Positions 48,542 to 60,285 are shown, counted from the first letter of the stretch. The stretch: DNA of 64,000 bases from Zygnema circumcarinatum SAG 698-1b (GCA_037447605.1 CM074813.1:2666001-2730000); one strand, 5' to 3'. Made by a program: numbers and translations. The notes: generated by a model not told the origin, from the letters alone.

Positions 48542-49456
48542 AGGGGTTGGGGTGTAGGGTTTAGGGTTTAGGGTTTAGGGTTCTGGGGAGGGGTCGGGTG
48601 GAGGTGGGTTTTTTGAAAATGGGAGATGTGAAATGGAAGGGTTCGATGAGGGCAGTGATATGTCATCCTTGTGTTGTGCGATGAGGTGATGATGTTGGGC
48701 TGAGGATGTACCGTCACGTGACATGCTGATGTGATGGGAGGGCGCTCGCTCACATGGGCATGCACATGGTTTTTAGGGTTCTGTGTGCACCCATGAACGC
48801 TATGACGATGACAACAACCAGTGCACTTGTGGCTTCAGTGTTGGCAAACATCCTGACTAAGCATGGGTTACTAAATGGGCATTTCTAGTCATGACTCATA
48901 ACTAGATCTTGGTTACCAGTCTGGCCCTAGTCCATCTATGAATCAACATTGACTTAGTCATTATTTAGCCATAATAGTCGACTTGAAAACTGATTAAAGC
49001 CACGTTTTTAGGCATAGCAGTTCCCATGTAGTAGCCGATTTTTTCCTCGTATCGGATAATATCGACTACTATCGTAGAGAACCGTCCGTATCGAACCGCC
49101 CTCTAACCGCGTTCTTAACGTTACTCGAAAATCATGCGGACAACCCCTAACAGAAATAACCGTTCTCGTGCGGATGACGCCACGTGTCCCTCCATTTTCT
49201 CGCTCGTCTTTTCTTCACGAAGCTGCGTCACGTGCAGCTGTAGTTCAGTTCAACGGAACGGCAAACTGAGCTGCATGCAAACCCTAGCCGGCCTCTGTCC
49301 CCTTACCCTCGCTAACCCCTACAGATCGAGCAGCGCCATCCTCCCTGAACCCTCAAATTTCAGCACCAGGACTCTACGGTTTAAGCCCTCCAGAGCCCTC
49401 AGAATTGCGGTTAGGGCTCAGATTTTTTAGGGTTTTCGGCCCCCAGGGTTCAGGAA

Positions 49457-49897
49457 ATGTCCTCCATTCTGGGCGAGGAGATCGAGATGGTGGAGGCGCC
49501 CCCGGGCGGCGGCGGGAAGCTGCACGCGGAGGGGGAGGACGCGGAGCTCCTGCGCATGCTCGAGCAGTTCTCGGACCGCCTCGGGGCCGTCGAGAAGGAC
49601 GCGCTCGAGGGCGGGGGCGGGGCCAACCGCAGGAGGCGGCCCGCCGACGACACGGCTCTGCAGGTCGGTCAGCAGCAGCCTCGCGGCGGCAGCAGGTAGC
49701 GCCGGCCCTGCTAGGGTTTAGGGTTTGGGGTTTAAGGGTTTAGGGGTTAGGGTTAGGGATTAGTGTTTGGGGTTTAGGGTGTCAAGGGTATAGATTTAGG
49801 GTTGAGGGTTTCAAAGGTGAAGATTTTAGAGCTAAGGGTTGGGTTTAGGGTTGAGGGTTTTAAGGGTGTAGATTTTAGGGTTTTAGGGTTTTAGGGT

Positions 49898-49929
<32 letters not shown>

Positions 49930-50102
49930 GGTTTAGGGTTCAGAGTATAGGTTTCGGGTTTAGGGTTTGGTGTTTGGGGTTTAGGGTTCATTATTTAGGG
50001 TTTAAGGTGTAGGATGTAGGGTTTTAGGGTTGAGTTTAGGTTTGAGGGTTTTGGGTTTAGGGTGTAAGGTCTAGGGTTTAGGTTTAGGGTTTAGGGTTCT
50101 CG

Positions 50103-50180
<78 letters not shown>

Positions 50181-51190
50181 AACTCCCTCTCTCCCTCTCA
50201 TCTCCACCAACCCCGCCGGCCACCTCTCTCCACCCTTTCTTTCTTCGCCAAAAGATGCCATGTAGGACCTCTGTATTGATCCAGGCTTGAAGGTATTGAA
50301 TAATGCACTATCTCGCTAAACTAAAAATTGACTCTTTCTTTGCTGACCTTTGTAAATCAGGAAACATAAGACCGATTGTACTCCCCGCTCATGAACAAAT
50401 GATGTATTAAATAAAATTCATTGTGATGTAGATAAACGATGAGGTTCGTGTCCCTTTGGACGACCCCATCCCATCCAACACCCGGAGGCCGAACCGCTTC
50501 CAAAGGAGGCCTAAAACGAGCATTCATCGACTCGCTCAATTTTCTTTTCTTACTCTGGTTGCAATCCTCATGTATTTTTACTGGCACAAAATATCACACT
50601 CACTGGGAACTCTTCATTGGAAACCATCAGGTAGTTCTTTCCCACTTCCTCTCCCTGCATCTCACTCCCTTTCAATCATTTCCTCTCTGTTGGTTTCTCC
50701 TTCTCTCAATATAGGCTTCTCAAATAGCGCTCTCTCCCTCCTTTTAACGGTCTCTGTCTCTCTCGTCCACTTCCCTCTCCCCAATCTTCCTGTTTATGCA
50801 CTCCTTTCCTTTCTGGCTCTCCTTCACCCTCCCTACCATAATGCCCCTTTCTCTTTCTCTTCCTCCAGTAAACCTCCTCCTCCCTCTCCCTCTCTCTCAC
50901 TTACCCTTCTCCTCCCGCTTGCTCTATCCTCCTCTCCTCACGCTTTTCTGTCCCCCACTTCCTCTCTCTCCTTCCTCTAGGCATTGACTTTCAAAAACCG
51001 CACTTGCCGGTTTATCCCCTCGTGAAAATCTAAACGGAAAATAACTACGCTAATTTCTCTTGCATGGATTCTGCTCTCCTTGTTTGGATGCTTGCCAGCC
51101 ACAGGGAGCCTGTCTTGGTGGGAACGAGTTCACGGAACGGCAAACGGTGCGTTCCATGAAGGGCAGCACGCGAACAGTACAGCTACTTGA
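49457..51190 (+). CDS. Hypothetical ~163-172 aa protein with one predicted TM segment
   Basis: Phase-consistent model: 49457-49663, optional 50266-50292 (DLCIDPGLK), 50432-50630 (...LAQFSFLTLVAILMYFYWHK...), 51105-51190 (SLSWWERVHG...TAT*). GC-rich first exon; promoter-like ACGTG cluster at 49170-49260. Confidence 0.55.
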
Positions 51191-53066
51191 CCCGTTCACA
51201 CTTGAAAAATTGTGGCCGAGAAGTGGTTTTTAAAATAGCAGAGGGAAAGGGAGAGGGGATTGGGAGATAACAAAGAAGACATTAGCGGGAGCTTTTCTTT
51301 GGGTTTAGAGAAGATTATTTGGTGGTGTAAGTGAGAGGGTAAGGGCTTATGAAAAATAGCACGTGTTGGGACATTTAGGGGTTCAGCGTTTAGGGCGAGG
51401 CGGGTGTTGGCGAAGTAGGAACTGCTGTGGGTAGAAGCCTTCAAAAAACTGAAGTTTGGGGCACATGGCACACGGATGTTGTGGAACCCTAGGGACGCTG
51501 TGCATGTGGTATGTGAATTGCCATGTATGTGAACAGGGGCGTGGTGGGGCCCACATGAAAGGAGAAACCCGTCCTGTTGTGTATGTAGATATTGTGTTCA
51601 CAATTGTGGATATTTATCTGATTATTCTTTTCTATTTTTTTTCTTCTGTGTATCTAGCCAAAGAAGGTGTGTAAATAGCATTTTCTTTTTTCTTAGTGAT
51701 AAGATAAGCCTGACAGGGAGTCATGCCCTCGCGGGGAGGGTTCGTGGTTTTCGATTTGGGGTGGACAATTAGACGAACTGGAGTGTGCCTGTAGCGCGGC
51801 AAATCATATGCTATTAGCGTACGCCTGGCTGGCTGGGGAGTGCGCATAAGCTTCAGGGGGGGTGCCGGTTACGTCTCAGAATTCGCAGTACAGAACTGAA
51901 GACATGGAGATCGCCTGAAACCGTTTGACGGCCGCCAGGTGCTGCATAGGACGGCGGCCACAACGGACAAATTTAGTGTACGGCGACTCTGTGACTGGTA
52001 AATTTTAGGCCTGAGTAAAAAAAAATTACGGACAACGGAAAGGGTAAGACAAGAAATTATTTTCAGTGCAGGGTCAGGCCGTACAGTGTTCGTAGGATTG
52101 AAATATTCCTGATTCCAAGGTCCCTCCCGCGGACCCGCAGTTGGCGGCTTCGAATCTGACGGCCCCGCCGGCTTTGGCAAGTTCGGGGCTTGAGGACTCA
52201 TACGACACATGCACTTTATTGGCAGGGCGGCAAGCCGTACACTTATCCGCAATCTGAATTCTCAGATGAGATCAACACTTTTGGCCCGTAGTGAGATGAA
52301 TCTTGAATTTTTGCAAGATCCATTAAAACCTTTTTGTATATTATCAGATTCCAAATGTAGATGGCATCCAATTAAAAATTGCCACGTCGCAAATGGATCT
52401 GAAAAAATCTTGTCAGATTCTATTAAATCTATTGAAGATCCTAAACGATTTCTTGTCCTTTTGATACGACTTGCTCAAATCTGTCGGTTTCTGCGGACCC
52501 TACAACCGACCTAAGCTCAACCGGCTTACCTATAGGACTGGTTAGCCGCACAGGCCACCTGCCGTTAAACCGCTGGTAAGACACTTTTTGTCCTCATCGC
52601 AGCCTCCAAACCTGCCCCGGCCCTCCTGAGTAGTTACTGCTCAAACCAATCACAGTCATCCACGTCAGTCCTTTTGCTGACGAGGCATCCCTTGATTGGC
52701 CCTGACACCCTCACCGGAAGCCAATTTCCACCAGTCCCGTTCAAATTTTTCGAGCCAGTCTCAGGACTCGAACCTGCGACCTCCCTCGAAACGGAACGCT
52801 TTTCAACAAGCATCTCAACGCCCTTCCATTCCGTTCCACCTACCCGCCAACCCCTTTTTTACACCTACTGTCTCCGCCAATCTCAGATCGTAATTACACG
52901 TGCAAAAAAAAATTCACCTGCCCGTTCCCGCCCACCCTTTGCCCCCCTCTCCCATATCAAACCCCCTCCCCTTTCCCTGATCGCAACTTTCCGTCTCCCA
53001 CCCTCATTCCCTCTCCCCCTTCCTCTCCCTCTCCCTCTCCCTCTCCCTCCTCCCTCGCCCGCCGCC

Positions 53067-53750
53067 ATGGCCTACACCGCCCCCGACCTCGTCCGCGAGC
53101 CTTACTGGCCCGCCGCGAAGCTGCGCATCTCCGTGACGGGCGCGGGCGGGTTCATCGCCTCGCACTTGGCGCGGCGCCTGAAGAGCGAGGGGCACTACAT
53201 CGTGGCCTCCGACTGGAAGCGCAACGAGCACATGACGGAGGACATGTTCTGCGACGAGTTCCACCTGGTGGATCTGCGCGTGATGGACAACTGCCTGCAG
53301 ATCACCAAGGGGGTGGATCACGTGTTCAACCTCGCGGCAGACATGGGCGGCATGGGGTTCATCCAGTCCAACCACTCCGTCATCATGTACAACAACACCA
53401 TGATCTCCTTCAACGTCATGGAGGCCAGCAGGATCAACGGCGTCGCCAGGTGCGGGAGAGGATGTGAAGCTGGGAGGGAGGGGAAGTGGGAGAGGGAGGA
53501 GGGCTTGAAAGCGTTGGATCGGGGCTGATTTGAAATATTTTGGCTTTTTTACAGGCTTTTCTACGCGTCCTCTGCCTGCATTTACCCGGAGTTCAAGCAG
53601 CTGGAGACCGACAACATCAGCCTGAAGGAATCTGACGCGTGGCCTGCGGAAGTCCGTACCTTCTGCCTTGGATGGGGCCTTTGCTGGCTCAAAAGTTCCA
53701 CTTTTGAGGAATGATAGCTGTTTTTGAATCTCTTTCTCTCTTCTCTCTCC

Positions 53751-53781
<31 letters not shown>

Positions 53782-56463
53782 TCTCTCCTCTCTCTTTTTC
53801 TCTCTCTCCTCTCTCTTTTTCTCTCTCTCGCTCTCCTTGCCAAACAGCGCTTTAGATCGTTGTGGACCATTTCTTGCCTCAAACTTAGAACGAGTCGAAT
53901 TTGCTTCTGATCTTGCTTTCCTTGGCGTGGATCTGCTCCGTTCTCTCTTCCTTTTTGAAATTCCGCAGCCCCAGGACGCCTATGGGTTGGAGAAGCTGGC
54001 CTCGGAGGAGCTCTGCAAGCACTACAATAAGGACTTCGCGATTGAGTGCAGAATTGGCCGATTCCACAATATTTACGGCCCTTTCGGAACATGGAAGGGT
54101 AGGAAATCGATGATTCATTGATCTCGTTATATTTTAATCTCTTACCATAATGCTTTCCCCCAGTTTTGAAAGATGGTTTGGAAGTGTATGTGTTTGCCTT
54201 TGTTTTTTCTTAATATTCTGCCACCCCTCCTTTTTTCTGCAGGTGGTCGTGAGAAGGCTCCGGCTGCTTTTTGCCGCAAGGTGCTCACTTCGACCGACGC
54301 ATTTGAAATGTGGGGAGACGGCAAGCAGACTCGCTCCTTCACCTTCATTGACGAGTGCGTGGAGGGAGTGCTCAGGTGAACTATCCCTCCCCCCTTCACT
54401 ACATTGATGGGGACTGGTGCTAAATTTTAACTGAAATGAGGTGATCAAATGTCTGTGAAATTTTCTATGTTTTTGGCTTCTTTTTTTCCTCCATGATGCG
54501 GAATTGATTTTGTGTGATATCGTGAAGCTTTCAATAGCTTGGTTTTCACAGTTTTTTCTTTGGTACATACAATGCGAGGTTGCCTTTTTTGGTTTGTTTT
54601 CTGCATTTGGTTGAGTTGGCTTGCGAGTGATGGAAGTTGGTCTCAACGTTTGAGTTTGTATTGAAAGTTTTTTAATAAATGCTACAAGAAGTATTTTAAA
54701 AGTTGCTGCCTCGCTGATGTGCGCAATGATTTAAAGTTATTTCTACGAGTTGTTAAAACGTACGTGATTGCTTATCAAAGATGTGTGAAAGTGAATCTAA
54801 AGAGCTTCTAGGAGACATGTACACATGTAATTGTTCTGTGATATTATTTTCTGAAAGGTACTGTGATGCTTCTTGTAATCTTAATTGAACCCCCTCCATG
54901 CTACTCTCATAGTAATGCAGGAAATAGCCCAAAATGAATGAAGCTCAAAAAATGATTTCCAAACGTAACCTTAAAGTGATGTCACCGCCCGCTGTGATGT
55001 AACGCCTGCTTCAAAAAGTGACTTTCTTGCTGCTGTGTACTTACCCTCCCTCATCCACACCCCAAAACTCAACCTCAAAATCCAACCCCTCTCTCTCTCT
55101 CTCTAACCAATCGTCGCCCTTCGCAATCAGTACCCACAACCAACTAGTGCCCCCACGACCAACAATCATTGCCTTGCCCACGTTGACCTCCAATGATTGC
55201 AGGTTGACCAAGTCTGACTTCCGCGAGCCGGTGAACATCGGCAGCGATGAGGGCGTGAGCATGAACCAAATGGCGGAGATGGTGATGGCCATCGAGGGCA
55301 AGGCCATGCCCATCAACCACATCCCCGGACCCGAGGGCGTGCGCGGCCGCAACTCCGACAACACGCTCATCAAGGAGAAGCTCGGATGGGCGCCCTCCAT
55401 GAAGCTCAAGGTGGGGAGGGAGGGGGGAGGGAGGGGGGAGGGAGGGGGGAGGGAGGGAGGGGGGAGGGAGGGGGAGGGGAGGGAGGAGGGAGGGGAGGGA
55501 GGGAGGGAGGGAGGGAGGGGGAGGGAGGGAGGGGGGGAGGGGGGGAGGGAGGGGGGAGGGAGGGAGGGGGGGAGGGAGGGGGAGGGAGGGGGGAGGGAGG
55601 AGGGAGGGAGGGGGAAGGCAGAAGAGGCGGGAGGGACGCGAGGGTGAGGGGAAGGAGAGAGGGAAATGGGAGAGGGATGTGGCGGAGAAGAGAAACGGGA
55701 GGAAGGTGGGGAGAAGAGGGAGGGGCGTGAGAGGGTGGGAGAGGGGGAACGGCGGGGAAGTTCATGGTGGATATTTTTTGGCCCCTTTCTTAAATTCTGT
55801 TTAGTTTGGTGGTTTGGTTAAGCTTTTAAGGGCTGTTTTTTTCCATGTGCGTGTTCTCTGTTAAGGGAGGGTTGATGGAGGGTTGAGGGAGGGGAGAGAG
55901 AAAGGAAGTTACAGGTTCTTTCGTTTTCCCTTTCATGTGGTGGATTGGTTGAGGGGCTGGAAACATTTTCTTGATTTTTGTCAAGTGTCTGGATGCTGTT
56001 CAGAAGGGCTGAAGAATGTGGATGGCCAGCTTTCAAATAAAAAGAATCAGGCAATTCAGTATTTTTATTTCAGTTATTGGTTCCCTTGTGTGAATCCTTA
56101 TCTTTTTGGCTGAACGATCTTTTATCGTCTCTTTCTTGTGTCTTTGAGCTTTAACGTAACTTAGCTCTGAAGTCCAGTTTTTTCAGCGCTCCAACCTTTA
56201 ACCTTCTGAATGCTTGCTTTAGTTCCTCTGTTTTCGGGACGCTTTGCTTTTGCTCCTGAGCAGAAAGTGATGTTAAGATGAATGGAGTGGTGGGTTTTTG
56301 GGTTCAGGACGGCCTGGCCATTACCTACATGTGGATCAAGGAGCAGCTCGAGAAGGAGAAGGCGGCGGGCAGCGATTGGAGCGAATATCAGTCGTCGAAG
56401 GTCTGCTCGACTTCGGCTCCCGTGGTGCTCGGCTCCCTCAGGAAGAAGGACGGAGAGGAGTAG
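53067..56463 (+). CDS. GME: GDP-D-mannose 3',5'-epimerase
   Basis: Exons 53067-53449, 53555-53651, 53969-54098, 54243-54375, 55203-55410, 56308-56463. LRISVTGAGGFIASH; FNLAADMGGMGFIQSNHS; YASSACIYPE; PQDAYGLEKLASEE; GGREKAPAAFCRK; WGDGKQTRSFTFIDECVEG; GPEGVRGRNSDN. Confidence 0.99.
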
Positions 56464-57914
56464 AGAGAGAGAGGGAGAGGGAGAGGGAGAGGGAGAGGAA
56501 ACAGACCTCAGTGATGGAGGGAGAGAGGGAAGGGAGAGGGATGGGAGTGACGGGAAGGAGGTGAGTTGAAGGGAGACAGGGAGAGAGGGGGGTGGAGTGG
56601 CCGCTTCTTTCACTTCCTTCGGAGGGAAGATGAGCGAGAAGTGGTCACGAAGCGAGTTAGAGAACGTGGAGCGAAGATGAGAGTAGTGAGTCAAATTAAA
56701 GTGAGTCAAAATGAACCAATGGGAAGAGGAGCAGAGGTAGATGTAATGTATGTGCGGAATAGGAGCGCCACATTTCTTAGGTAGGGTAGGTAGGGCCTTG
56801 ATTGGACAGGGCAGAAATGTGTTAAATATGGCGGAGATGCGGATTTTTGGGCAGACCAGCATTGGGGGGGAAGGGGTTCTGATGGTTCACATTTGTACTT
56901 AGTTGATTAAACGAATATTTGTTATTTACTTGCCTCGTCGCCTTCGAAAATTGATGTGGTGGGAGTGATGTAGGAGTCGCAGTTAAGTCGCGAATATTGG
57001 TCGCCGAGAAGGCTATTCTGAACTACTCCTGACCGGAGACCGGAGGTCAGGATTATTTAACCAGATTCCTAATTCCTAACTGGGGGCTGTTGCTAACTAA
57101 ACGATTCTAACCAACAGGAGAATTTTTAACCACGGTATGTGCTGACTAACATGTGACTGGCAACAGGAAAATGAAGGTGAATGCCAGGAAGATGCTTCTG
57201 ATGCGTTGGACTTAGTGATTGAGAATCCTTTGAAATGGTTAAGGCACAGTCGATGACTATGACATTTCCCTTCAGGAATCAACTGCAGTAAGAAACTTCC
57301 CTCTAACAATCAGGAACCCCTCGTATCATATAAGCCGCCACTAAAGAAATGAGCCTCATGAAGGTCTCATCTCACTATCAGCAACTCTATTCTGAGTGAC
57401 ATCGCCATGGTTAGGCAGGTCGAGGTCTAATTCTCCGTACTCATCATGAACACCGAAGCGAGGAGGGCAGTGGCGGAGGTTGAATTTTTATTTTATTTTT
57501 ATGTATGTAGTTTAGCTATTTCAGTGTTGTCTGCTGCGGCTGATCACTTGAAGGGCAGCTCGAGGTGAGAGAGGAGAGAGAGAGAGAGTGAGAGCTCGAG
57601 GGGTTTTCGTGGGAAGTTAGTCCAGTAAGAAAGGGTTTTAGGGCGCAAGTGAAAGATACGGATGGACGTCCCTGAACCCACATCCGAACGAGAGGGAGGG
57701 AGGGGGGAGGGAAGGAGAGGGGGGGGCGGGTGGGGGAGGGGAAGAGGTAGTGGGAGAGGAGAGGGAGAGGAGAGGGATTTGTCCAGAGAATATGCAGCAA
57801 TGGGGTTAAAAAGGACAATGAAATTCTTGCCTTGGTATGCCAAAAACGTTCCCCAAATGACAACGCGATCTTTCCACAATCCAGAAAGTACATTTTCAAA
57901 TTAAAAGAAAAATA

Positions 57915-60108
57915 GGAAAATGATACAGCGGCCCCACTTTTTGGATATCGGCGCCCTCTTTTGGGAAAAATTGTACTTTTTTTTTTGGCTAATCACCCCC
58001 CCCCCCCCCTTGGATCTTTCGGGAGGAGAGACCTTGTAGACAATCGGACCCCGCGCCTCGCGCGCAGGATCCGACCGTGCACCGACGTACGGCGCCGCGC
58101 ATCGCGGCGTGGCCCGCGAGATGCGGCGAGCCTACGGAAAAGTTGCACAGTTCGGACCAGTGGATCGGCAACCATTGGACAACCATTGGATGGCAATGGT
58201 TGGACGTCTACTGGTTGGCAACCAGTCGAATGGTTGTTTCGGTCCGCAACCACTGGTTGGCAACCAGTCGAATGGTTGTTTCGATCCGGCGGCACTGGTT
58301 GGCAACCAGTCGAATGGAATGGTTGCCAACCAGTGGCATCCACTGGTTCCAAACCAGTCAAATGGTTGTTTCGGTCCGCAACCACTGGTTGCCAACCAGT
58401 CGACTGGTTTGTCTAATGGTCCGATCTGTGAAAAGTTGTCCTCACCTGACCCTTTTGGGTCAGAGGTTGCCACGTGGCAGTCTGCCATTGGTTAGCCCTG
58501 CTGCCGGTCCCCCATGCCGATACAGTGGACCCCCATAATATTTTCCACCTTGTACAGTGCGTCCCCAAGAAATTCCCGATTTTGATTTTGATTTTGATCC
58601 CGAGTCCCCGATTTAGCCGAAACCACCTTTTTGTACGATAACTCAATGTTAACGTATTAGGGGTGTTAACCTAACCTGACCTATTCTCCAATACAAAATC
58701 TGTTAATCGAAACGGATTTCAAACATGGGTCACGCTTTAGATCTGTACGGTAAGTACGAATAAAATCTCTAAGTCGTACGGTATACGTACGCCACCAATA
58801 AGAGCTCGTGTATCTAAATCACGGTACGATACGATACGATACGATACGTACGAACAGACATTGAACTCTAACATAATACCGCTCGCCTATTGGTAACACG
58901 GACCTTGTATTTGCAAATTACAATATTTTCGCCCAGTATTTGCTGAAACCATGGCGAAAATATTATGGGGGTCCACTGTATCGGCATGGGGGACCGGCAG
59001 CAGGGCTGTCCAATGGCAGACTGCCACGTGGCAACATCTGACCCAAATGGGTCAGGTGAGGACAACGTTTCCGTAGGCTCGCCGCATCTCGCGGGCCACG
59101 CCGCGATGCGCGGCGCCGTACGTCGGTGCACAGTCGGATCCTGCGCGCGAGGCGCGGGGTCCGATTGTCTACAAGATCTCTCCTCCCGAAAGATCCAAGG
59201 GGGGGGATGATTAGCCAGAAAAAAAAGTACAATTTTTTCCCAGAAGGGGCGCCGATATCCAAAAAGTGGGGCCGCTGTATCATTTTCCAAAATGATGGAC
59301 GCTCGCCCTTTTTTGGATATCCTTTCCCCCTGATTTCTTTTTGAGAGGCAAAAATATGTTAGTGCCTGCCCGAATCCGCTCGGAGCGGAAGATCCGTCCG
59401 CCTCGCAAGTGCGTCTGCGCGCTTCCTTCACACTTGCGGTGAATCTCAGCCGTCTCTCTCCCAGATCGCACCACGGCAACCGTTCGATCTGCAGTCGGGC
59501 TCGGTTCCTGTGAATGGCACGCGCCCACGTGTCTCGGTATGACGGTCAGACGGTAAGTTCGCGGACGGCACGCGAAAGCTGAAATTTCTGGATTCTCTTT
59601 CCACATCGGCAGTAAGGAAAGTGGGGTTCTCCGATACCTTTAACAAGGAAAAAAAAAGGAAAATGATACAGGCGCCCCACTTCTTGGATATCCGCGCCCC
59701 CTTTCGGGAAAAAAGCTGTACTTTCATTTTGGCTAATCACGCCCCCCCCTTGGATCTTTCGGGAGGAGAGATCTTGTAGACAATCGGACCCCGCGCCTCG
59801 CGCGCAGGATCCGACTGTGCACCCACGTACGGCGCCGCGCATCGCGGCGCGGCCCGCGAGATGCGGCGAGCCTACGGAAACGTTGTCCTCACCTGACCCT
59901 TTTGGGTCAGAGGTTGCAACGTGGCAGTCTACCATTGGACAGCCCTGCTGCCGGTCCCCCATGCCGATACAGTGGACCCCCATAATATTTTCGCCATGGT
60001 TTTTGCAAATACTGGGCGAAAATATTGCAATTTGCAAATATAAGGTCCGTGTTACCAATAGGCGAGCGGTATTATGTTAGAGTTCATGTCTGTCCGTACG
60101 TATCGTAT
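57915..60108. mobile_element. Three related arms in alternating orientation (57915-58543 forward, 58839-59288 reverse, 59658-60108 forward); non-coding foldback / long-TIR element cluster
   Basis: Shared sequence ggaaaatgatacag..ggatctttcgggaggagag..ggaccccgcgcctcgcgcgcaggatccga..gcctacggaaa..tcctcacctgaccc..gtggacccccataatatttt is found three times, the middle copy as reverse complement. Confidence 0.8.
58146..58430. mobile_element. 285-bp MITE with 14-bp TIRs and an 8-bp target-site duplication, nested in arm 1
   Basis: 5' CACAGTTCGGACCA and 3' TGGTCCGATCTGTG (13/14 inverted match); flanked by AAAAGTTG at 58138-58145 and 58431-58438; absent from the two paralogous arms, whose empty site reads AAACGTTG. 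Confidence 0.88.
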
Positions 60109-60109
60109 T

Positions 60110-60285
60110 GTAAGAATCATTGGAACCATTGGCAATGGTTCCAATGATTGTTCCAATGGCAACCATTGGATGCCAATGGTTGCCAATAATTGCAATGGTA
60201 GCCACTCATTGGATCGTCCAATCATTGCCGTAGATGCCAATGGTTGGTTGTCCAATGTTTGCCTCTCTAAATGGTCCGACCTGTG
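60110..60285. mobile_element. Truncated relative of the same MITE family (3' TIR only)
   Basis: CCAAT/ATTGG array ending in TGGTCCGACCTGTG (60272-60285), matching the 3' TIR at 58417-58430. Confidence 0.65.

Noticed and set aside
48850-48965. Possible small MITE from TGACTAAG/CTTAGTCA inverted words
   Set aside because: Only 8 bp of inverted match, no TSD and no second copy.
51196-51601. Short minus-strand ORFs downstream of the orphan membrane gene
   Set aside because: No recognisable motif or splice context; probably 3'UTR or intergenic.
55245-55262. GME reads GSDEGVSMN where land plants have GSDEMVSMN (from memory)
   Set aside because: A single substitution away from the catalytic and NAD-binding motifs, all of which are intact; no basis for a functional claim.
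58211-58426. Regularly spaced 42-bp repeats as a possible CRISPR array
   Set aside because: The units are contiguous with no unique spacers, there are no cas genes, the context is eukaryotic, and they lie inside a TIR/TSD-bounded element.
58830-60117. Arms 2 and 3 as a bona fide Mutator element
   Set aside because: The flanks (TACGATACG vs TGTAAGAAT) give no TSD, and the alternative arm 1/arm 2 pairing (AGAAAAATA vs AAAATGATG) gives none either; left unclassified.
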